From: the human T2T-CHM13v2.0 reference genome, Homo sapiens
Assembly: GCF_009914755.1 (NCBI RefSeq)
Contig: NC_060941.1
Length of the DNA: 64,000 nucleotides
Strand: one strand, 5' to 3'
The notes beneath the pieces are model-generated. The model made no database searches and had not been told where the DNA came from. It worked only from the letters and a program-made list of their open reading frames with translations. Position 1 is the stretch's first letter. Each line of letters begins with the position of its first letter. The position numbers and the translations under genes are program-made. Below are positions 55,701 to 64,000 of this stretch, in pieces.

Positions 55701-58700
55701 CAGAACTAAACAGAAGCATTCTCAGAACCTTCTTCGTGATGTCTGCATTCAACTCACAGTGTGGAACCTTTCTTTGATAGTTCAGGTTTGAAACACTCTT
55801 TTTGTAGAAACTGCAAGGGGATAATTGCACTCTTTGAGGAGTACCGTAGTAAAGGAAATAACTTCCTATAAAAAGAAGACAGAAGCTTTCTCAGAAAATT
55901 CTTTGGGATGATTGAGTTGAACTCACAGAGCTGAGCATTCCTTGCGATGTAGCAGTTTAGAAACACACTTTCTGCAGAATCTGCAAGTGCATATTTGGAC
56001 CTCTGTGAGGAATTCGTTGGAAACGGGATAATTTCAGCTGACTAAACAGAAGCAGTCTCAGAATCTTCTTTGTGATGTTTGCATTCAAATCCCCGAGTTG
56101 AACTTTCCTTTCAAAGTTCACGTTTGAAACACTCTTTTTGCAGGATCTACAAGTGGATATTTGGACCACTCTGTGTCCTTCGTTCGAAACGGGTATATCT
56201 TCACATGACATCCAGACAGAAGCATCCTCAGAAGCTTCTCTGTGATGACTGCATTCAACTCACGGAGTTGAACACTCCTTTTGAGAGCGCAGTTTTGAAA
56301 CTCTCTTTCTGTGGCATCTGCAAGGGGACATGTAGACCTCTTTGAAGATTTCGTTGGAAACGGAATCATCTTCACATAAAAACTATACAGATGCATTCTC
56401 AGGAACTTTTTGGTGATGTTTGTATTCAACTCCCAGAGTTGAACTTTCCTTTGGAAAGAGCAGCTATGAAACACTGTTTTTCTAGAATCTGCAAGTGGAC
56501 GTTTGGAGGGCTTTGTGGTTTGTGGTGGAAAAGGAAATATCTTCACCTAAATACTAGATAGAAGCATTCTCAGAAACTGCTTTGTGATGATTGCATTCAC
56601 CTCACAGAGTTGAACATTCCTATTGATAGAGCAGTTTGGAAACACTCTTGTTGTGGAATGTGCAAGTGGAGATTTGGAGCGCTTTGAGGCCTATGGTAGT
56701 AAAGGGAATAGCTTCATAGAAAAACTAGACAGAAGCATTCTCAGAAAATACTTTGTGATGATTGAGTTTAACTCACAGAGCTGAACATTCCTTTGGATGG
56801 AGCAGGTTTGAGACACACCTTTTGTAGAATCTACAAGTGGATATTTGGACCTCTCTGAGGATTTCGTTGGAAACGGGATAACTGCACCTAACTAAACGGA
56901 AGCATTCTCAGAAACTTCTTGGTGATGTTTGCATTCAAATCCCAGAGTTGAACCTTCCTTTGATAGTTCAGGTTTGAAACACTCTTTTTGTAGGATCTGC
57001 AAGTGGATATTTGGACCACTCTGTGGCCTTCGTTCGAAACGGGTATATCTTCGCATAAAATCTAGACAGAAGCCTTCTCAGAAACTTCTCTGTGATGATT
57101 GCATTCAACTCACAGAGTTGAACCCTCCTATGGATAGAGCAGTGTTGAAACTCTCTTTTTGTGGAATCTGCAAGTGGATATGTGGACCTCTCCGAAGATG
57201 TCTTTGGAAACGGGAATATCTTCACATAAAAACTAAACAGAAGCATTCTCAGAAACTTCTCTGTGATGTTTGTGTTCAACTCCCAGAGTTTCACATTGCT
57301 TTTCATAGAGTAGTTCTGAAACATGCTTTTCGTAGTGTCTACAAGTGGACATTTGGAGCGCTTTCAGGCCTGTGGTGGAAAACGAATTATGGTCACATAA
57401 AAACTGGAGAGAAGCATTGTCAGAAACTTCTTTGTGATGATTGCATTCAACTCACAGAGTTGAAGGTTCCTTTTCAAAGAGCAGTTTCCAATCACTCTTT
57501 CTGTGGAGTCTGCAAGTGGATATTTGGACCTATTTTGAAGATTTCGTTGGAAACGGGAGAATCTTCACAGGAAAGCTAAACAGAAGCATTCTCAGAAACT
57601 TCTTTGTGATGCTTGCATTCAACTCACAGAGTTGAACTTTCCTTTCGAGAGAGAACCTTTGAAACACTCTTTTTCCAGAATCTGCAAGTGGACATTTGGA
57701 GGGCTTTGAGGCCTGTGGTGGAAAAGGAATTATCTTCCCGTAAAAGCTAGATAGAAGCATTCTCAGAAACTACTTTGTGATGATTGCATTCAAGTCACAG
57801 AGTTGAACATTCCCTTTGACAGAGCAGTTTGGAAACTCTCTTTGTGTAGAATCTGCAAGTGGAGATATGGACCGCTTTGAGGCCTATGGTAGTAAAGGAA
57901 ATAGCTTCATATAAAAGCTAGACAGTAGCATTCACAGAAAACTCTTGGTGACGACTGAGTTTAACTCACAGAGCTGAACATTCCTTTGGATGGAGCAGTT
58001 TCGAAACACACTATTTGTAGAATGTGCAAGTGGATATTTGGGCCTCTCTGAGGATTTCGTTGGAAACGGGATAAACCGCACAGAACTAAACAGAAGCATT
58101 CTCAGAACCTTCTTCGTGATGTTTGCATTCAACTCACAGTGTTGAACCTTTCTTTGATAGTTCAGGTTTGAAACGGTCTTTCTGTAGAAACTGCAAGTAG
58201 ATATTTGGACCTCTCTGAGGATTTCGTTGGAAACGGGATAACCCGCACAGAACTAAAACAGAAGCATTCTCAGAACCCTCTTCGTGATGTTTGCATTCAA
58301 CTCACAGTGCTGAACCTTTCTTTGATAGTTCAGCTTTGAAACACTCTTTTTGTAGAAACTGCAAGTGGATATTTGGTCCTCTCTGAGGATTTCGTTGGAA
58401 ACGGGATAAACTGCACAGAACTAAACAGAAGCATTCTCAGAACCTTCTTCGTGATGTCTGCATTCAACTCACAGTGTGGAACCTTTCTTTGATAGTTCAG
58501 GTTTGAAACACTCTTTTTGTAGAAACTGCAAGGGGATAATTGCACTCTTTGAGGAGTACCGTAGTAAAGGAAATAACTTCCTATAAAAAGAAGACAGAAG
58601 CTTTCTCAGAAAATTCTTTGGGATGATTGAGTTGAACTCACAGAGCTGAGCATTCCTTGCGATGTAGCAGTTTAGAAACACACTTTCTGCAGAATCTGCA

Positions 58701-61700
58701 AGTGCATATTTGGACCTCTGTGAGGAATTCGTTGGAAACGGGATAATTTCAGCTGACTAAACAGAAGCAGTCTCAGAATCTTCTTTGTGATGTTTGCATT
58801 CAAATCCCCGAGTTGAACTTTCCTTTCAAAGTTCACGTTTGAAACACTCTTTTTGCAGGATCTACAAGTGGATATTTGGACCACTCTGTGTCCTTCGTTC
58901 GAAACGGGTATATCTTCACATGACATCCAGACAGAAGCATCCTCAGAAGCTTCTCTGTGATGACTGCATTCAACTCACGGAGTTGAACACTCCTTTTGAG
59001 AGCGCAGTTTTGAAACTCTCTTTCTGTGGCATCTGCAAGGGGACATGTAGACCTCTTTGAAGATTTCGTTGGAAACGGAATCATCTTCACATAAAAACTA
59101 TACAGATGCATTCTCAGGAACTTTTTGGTGATGTTTGTATTCAACTCCCAGAGTTGAACTTTCCTTTGGAAAGAGCAGCTATGAAACACTCTTTTTCTAG
59201 AATCTGCAAGTGGACGTTTGGAGGGCTTTGTGGTTTGTGGTGGAAAAGGAAATATCTTCACCTAAATACTAGATAGAAGCATTCTCAGAAACTGCTTTGT
59301 GATGATTGCATTCACCTCACAGAGTTGAACATTCCTATTGATAGAGCAGTTTGGAAACACTCTTGTTGTGGAATGTGCAAGTGGAGATTTGGAGCGCTTT
59401 GAGGCCTATGGTAGTAAAGGGAATAGCTTCATAGAAAAACTAGACAGAAGCATTCTCAGAAAATACTTTGTGATGATTGAGTTTAACTCACAGAGCTGAA
59501 CATTCCTTTGGATGGAGCAGGTTTGAGACACACCTTTTGTAGAATCTACAAGTGGATATTTGGACCTCTCTGAGGATTTCGTTGGAAACGGGATAACTGC
59601 ACCTAACTAAACGGAAGCATTCTCAGAAACTTCTTGGTGATGTTTGCATTCAAATCCCAGAGTTGAACCTTCCTTTGATAGTTCAGGTTTGAAACACTCT
59701 TTTTGTAGGATCTGCAAGTGGATATTTGGACCACTCTGTGGCCTTCGTTCGAAACGGGTATATCTTCGCATAAAATCTAGACAGAAGCCTTCTCAGAAAC
59801 TTCTCTGTGATGATTGCATTCAACTCACAGAGTTGAACCCTCCTATGGATAGAGCAGTGTTGAAACTCTCTTTTTGTGGAATCTGCAAGTGGATATGTGG
59901 ACCTCTCCGAAGATGTCTTTGGAAACGGGAATATCTTCACATAAAAACTAAACAGAAGCATTCTCAGAAACTTCTCTGTGATGTTTGTGTTCAACTCCCA
60001 GAGTTTCACATTGCTTTTCATAGAGTAGTTCTGAAACATGCTTTTCGTAGTGTCTACAAGTGGACATTTGGAGCGCTTTCAGGCCTGTGGTGGAAAACGA
60101 ATTATGGTCACATAAAAACTGGAGAGAAGCATTGTCAGAAACTTCTTTGTGATGATTGCATTCAACTCACAGAGTTGAAGGTTCCTTTTCAAAGAGCAGT
60201 TTCCAATCACTCTTTCTGTGGAGTCTGCAAGTGGATATTTGGACCTATTTTGAAGATTTCGTTGGAAACGGGAGAATCTTCACAGGAAAGCTAAACAGAA
60301 GCATTCTCAGAAACTTCTTTGTGATGCTTGCATTCAACTCACAGAGTTGAACTTTCCTTTCGAGAGAGAAGCTTTGAAACACTCTTTTTCCAGAATCTGC
60401 AAGTGGACATTTGGAGGGCTTTGAGGCCTGTGGTGGAAAAGGAATTATCTTCCCGTAAAAGCTAGATAGAAGCATTCTCAGAAACTACTTTGTGATGATT
60501 GCATTCAAGTCACAGAGTTGAACATTCCCTTTGACAGAGCAGTTTGGAAACTCTCTTTGTGTAGAATCTGCAAGTGGAGATATGGACCGCTTTGAGGCCT
60601 ATGGTAGTAAAGGAAATAGCTTCATATAAAAGCTAGACAGTAGCATTCACAGAAAACTCTTGGTGACGACTGAGTTTAACTCACAGAGCTGAACATTCCT
60701 TTGGATGGAGCAGTTTCGAAACACACTATTTGTAGAATGTGCAAGTGGATATTTAGGCCTCTCTGAGGATTTCGTTGGAAACGGGATAAACCGCACAGAA
60801 CTAAACAGAAGCATTCTCAGAACCTTCTTCGTGATGTTTGCATTCAACTCACAGTGTTGAACCTTTCTTTGATAGTTCAGGTTTGAAACGGTCTTGCTGT
60901 AGAAACTGCAAGTAGATATTTGGACCTCTCTGAGGATTTCGTTGGAAACGGGATAACCCGCACAGAACTAAAACAGAAGCATTCTCAGAACCCTCTTCGT
61001 GATGTTTGCATTCAACTCACAGTGCTGAACCTTTCTTTGATAGTTCAGCTTTGAAACACTCTTTTTGTAGAAACTGCAAGTGGATATTTGGTCCTCTCTG
61101 AGGATTTCGTTGGAAACGGGATAAACTGCACAGAACTAAACAGAAGCATTCTCAGAACCTTCTTCGTGATGTCTGCATTCAACTCACAGTGTGGAACCTT
61201 TCTTTGATAGTTCAGGTTTGAAACACTCTTTTTGTAGAAACTGCAAGGGGATAATTGCACTCTTTGAGGAGTACCGTAGTAAAGGAAATAACTTCCTATA
61301 AAAAGAAGACAGAAGCTTTCTCAGAAAATTCTTTGGGATGATTGAGTTGAACTCACAGAGCTGAGCATTCCTTGCGATGTAGCAGTTTAGAAACACACTT
61401 TCTGCAGAATCTGCAAGTGCATATTTGGACCTCTGTGAGGAATTCGTTGGAAACGGGATAATTTCAGCTGACTAAACAGAAGCAGTCTCAGAATCTTCTT
61501 TGTGATGTTTGCATTCAAATCCCCGAGTTGAACTTTCCTTTCAAAGTTCACGTTTGAAACACTCTTTTTGCAGGATCTACAAGTGGATATTTGGACCACT
61601 CTGTGTCCTTCGTTCGAAACGGGTATATCTTCACATGACATCCAGACAGAAGCATCCTCAGAAGCTTCTCTGTGATGACTGCATTCAACTCACGGAGTTG

Positions 61701-64000
61701 AACACTCCTTTTGAGAGCGCAGTTTTGAAACTCTCTTTCTGTGGCATCTGCAAGGGGACATGTAGACCTCTTTGAAGATTTCGTTGGAAACGGAATCATC
61801 TTCACATAAAAACTATACAGATGCATTCTCAGGAACTTTTTGGTGATGTTTGTATTCAACTCCCAGAGTTGAACTTTCCTTTGGAAAGAGCAGCTATGAA
61901 ACACTCTTTTTCTAGAATCTGCAAGTGGACGTTTGGAGGGCTTTGTGGTTTGTGGTGGAAAAGGAAATATCTTCACCTAAATACTAGATAGAAGCATTCT
62001 CAGAAACTGCTTTGTGATGATTGCATTCACCTCACAGAGTTGAACATTCCTATTGATAGAGCAGTTTGGAAACACTCTTGTTGTGGAATGTGCAAGTGGA
62101 GATTTGGAGCGCTTTGAGGCCTATGGTAGTAAAGGGAATAGCTTCATAGAAAAACTAGACAGAAGCATTCTCAGAAAATACTTTGTGATGATTGAGTTTA
62201 ACTCACAGAGCTGAACATTCCTTTGGATGGAGCAGGTTTGAGACACACCTTTTGTAGAATCTACAAGTGGATATTTGGACCTCTCTGAGGATTTCGTTGG
62301 AAACGGGATAACTGCACCTAACTAAACGGAAGCATTCTCAGAAACTTCTTGGTGATGTTTGCATTCAAATCCCAGAGTTGAACCTTCCTTTGATAGTTCA
62401 GGTTTGAAACACTCTTTTTGTAGGATCTGCAAGTGGATATTTGGACCACTCTGTGGCCTTCGTTCGAAACGGGTATATCTTCGCATAAAATCTAGACAGA
62501 AGCCTTCTCAGAAACTTCTCTGTGATGATTGCATTCAACTCACAGAGTTGAACCCTCCTATGGATAGAGCAGTGTTGAAACTCTCTTTTTGTGGAATCTG
62601 CAAGTGGATTTGTGGACCTCTCCGAAGATGTCTTTGGAAACGGGAATATCTTCACATAAAAACTAAACAGAAGCATTCTCAGAAACTTCTCTGTGATGTT
62701 TGTGTTCAACTCCCAGAGTTTCACATTGCTTTTCATAGAGTAGTTCTGAAACATGCTTTTCGTAGTGTCTACAAGTGGACATTTGGAGCGCTTTCAGGCC
62801 TGTGGTGGAAAACGAATTATGGTCACATAAAAACTGGAGAGAAGCATTGTCAGAAACTTCTTTGTGATGATTGCATTCAACTCACAGAGTTGAAGGTTCC
62901 TTTTCAAAGAGCAGTTTCCAATCACTCTTTGTGTGGAATCTGCAAGTGGATATTCGGACCTAATTTGAAGATTTCGTTGGAAACGGGAGAATCTTCACAG
63001 GAAAGCTAAACAGAAGCATTCTCAGAAACTTCTTTGTGATGCTTGCATTCAACTCACAGAGTTGAACTTTCCTTTCGAGAGAGAAGCTTTGAAACACTCT
63101 TTTTCCAGAATCTGCAAGTGGACATTTGGAGGGCTTTGAGGCCTGTGGTGGAAAAGGAATTATCTTCCCGTAAAAGCTAGATAGAAGCATTCTCAGAAAC
63201 TACTTTGTGATGATTGCATTCAAGTCACAGAGTTGAACATTCCCTTTGACAGAGCAGTTTGGAAACTCTCTTTGTGTAGAATCTGCAAGTGGAGATATGG
63301 ACCGCTTTGAGGCCTATGGTAGTAAAGGAAATAGCTTCATATAAAAGCTAGACAGTAGCATTCACAGAAAACTCTTGGTGACGACTGAGTTTAACTCACA
63401 GAGCTGAACATTCCTTTGGATGGAGCAGTTTCGAAACACACTATTTGTAGAATGTGCAAGTGGATATTTAGGCCTCTCTGAGGATTTCGTTGGAAACGGG
63501 ATAAACCGCACAGAACTAAACAGAAGCATTCTCAGAACCTTCTTCGTGATGTTTGCATTCAACTCACAGTGTTGAACCTTTCTTTGATAGTTCAGGTTTG
63601 AAACGGTCTTTCTGTAGAAACTGCAAGTAGATATTTGGACCTCTCTGAGGATTTCGTTGGAAACGGGATAACCCGCACAGAACTAAAACAGAAGCATTCT
63701 CAGAACCCTCTTCGTGATGTTTGCATTCAACTCACAGTGCTGAACCTTTCTTTGATAGTTCAGCTTTGAAACACTCTTTTTGTAGAAACTGCAAGTGGAT
63801 ATTTGGTCCTCTCTGAGCATTTCGTTGGAAACGGGATAAACTGCACAGAACTAAACAGAAGCATTCTCAGAACCTTCTTCGTGATGTCTGCATTCAACTC
63901 ACAGTGTGGAACCTTTCTTTGATAGTTCAGGTTTGAAACACTCTTTTTGTAGAAACTGCAAGGGGATAATTGCACTCTTTGAGGAGTACCGTAGTAAAGG
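16792..64000 (+). repeat. Run of 17 complete canonical 16-mer HORs (units 7-23) plus partial unit 24
   Basis: The marker ORF starts at 16805, 19520, 22235 and so on to 62960, always 2715 apart, so there is no net length change. Confidence 0.95.

Larger units (their letters stand above)
1..64000 (+). repeat. D17Z1: Centromeric alpha-satellite higher-order repeat array (16-mer, 2715 bp), most likely human chr17 D17Z1 (SF3)
   Basis: Alphoid monomers start with CATTCTCAGAAA-like sequence and carry CENP-B boxes. The ORF track recurs with an exact 2715-bp period (2882 bp in three units). There is one EcoRI site per unit (GAATTC 1209-1214), with nearby PstI (CTGCAG 1171-1176) and PvuII (CAGCTG 1234-1239) sites. 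The alpha-satellite call is certain. The chr17 assignment rests on the known 2.7-kb EcoRI 16-mer of D17Z1, not on a database search. Confidence 0.93.

Noticed and set aside
24165-57656. Isolated private substitutions (24165 A>T, 32979 G>A, 37671 G>T, 57656 G>C)
   Set aside because: They are single changes outside CENP-B boxes with no pattern. They are useful only as mapping markers and cannot be distinguished from consensus errors without reads.
14-63975. All other 64-142 aa ORFs on both strands
   Set aside because: They recur at the HOR period, overlap in multiple frames and are typical alphoid translations (e.g. FLRMLL, FPTKSS). There is no evidence of coding function.
1-64000. Possible embedded mobile element (L1/Alu) or unique-sequence island
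   Set aside because: The constant 2715/2882-bp spacing of all markers leaves no room for an insertion, and I saw no poly(A) tail or target-site duplication.

Overview
The whole 64 kb window is one uninterrupted, single-orientation primate centromeric alpha-satellite array made of ~167-172 bp monomers. These are organised into a 2715-bp, 16-monomer higher-order repeat (HOR) with one EcoRI site and 8 intact CENP-B boxes per unit. The 2.7-kb 16-mer size, the pentameric (suprachromosomal family 3) layout and the internal run of near-identical monomers best match human chromosome 17 D17Z1. The window holds 23 complete units plus a partial 24th, starting at 1, 2716, 5598, 8480, 11195, 13910, 16792, 19507 and then every 2715 bp to 62947. 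I found no genes, RNA genes, transposons or CRISPR arrays; every ORF in the track is a by-product of the repeat. I cannot support a new protein-coding system. The interesting signal is the array's mutational record: three 2882-bp 17-mer variant HORs from one exact 167-bp duplication with an 18-bp crossover window; an 8312-bp (17+16+16) tandem duplication; two interleaved SNP haplotypes with four-gamete violations; a local triplication; and CpG-decay knockouts of two CENP-B boxes. All variants were read by eye, so some may have been missed.
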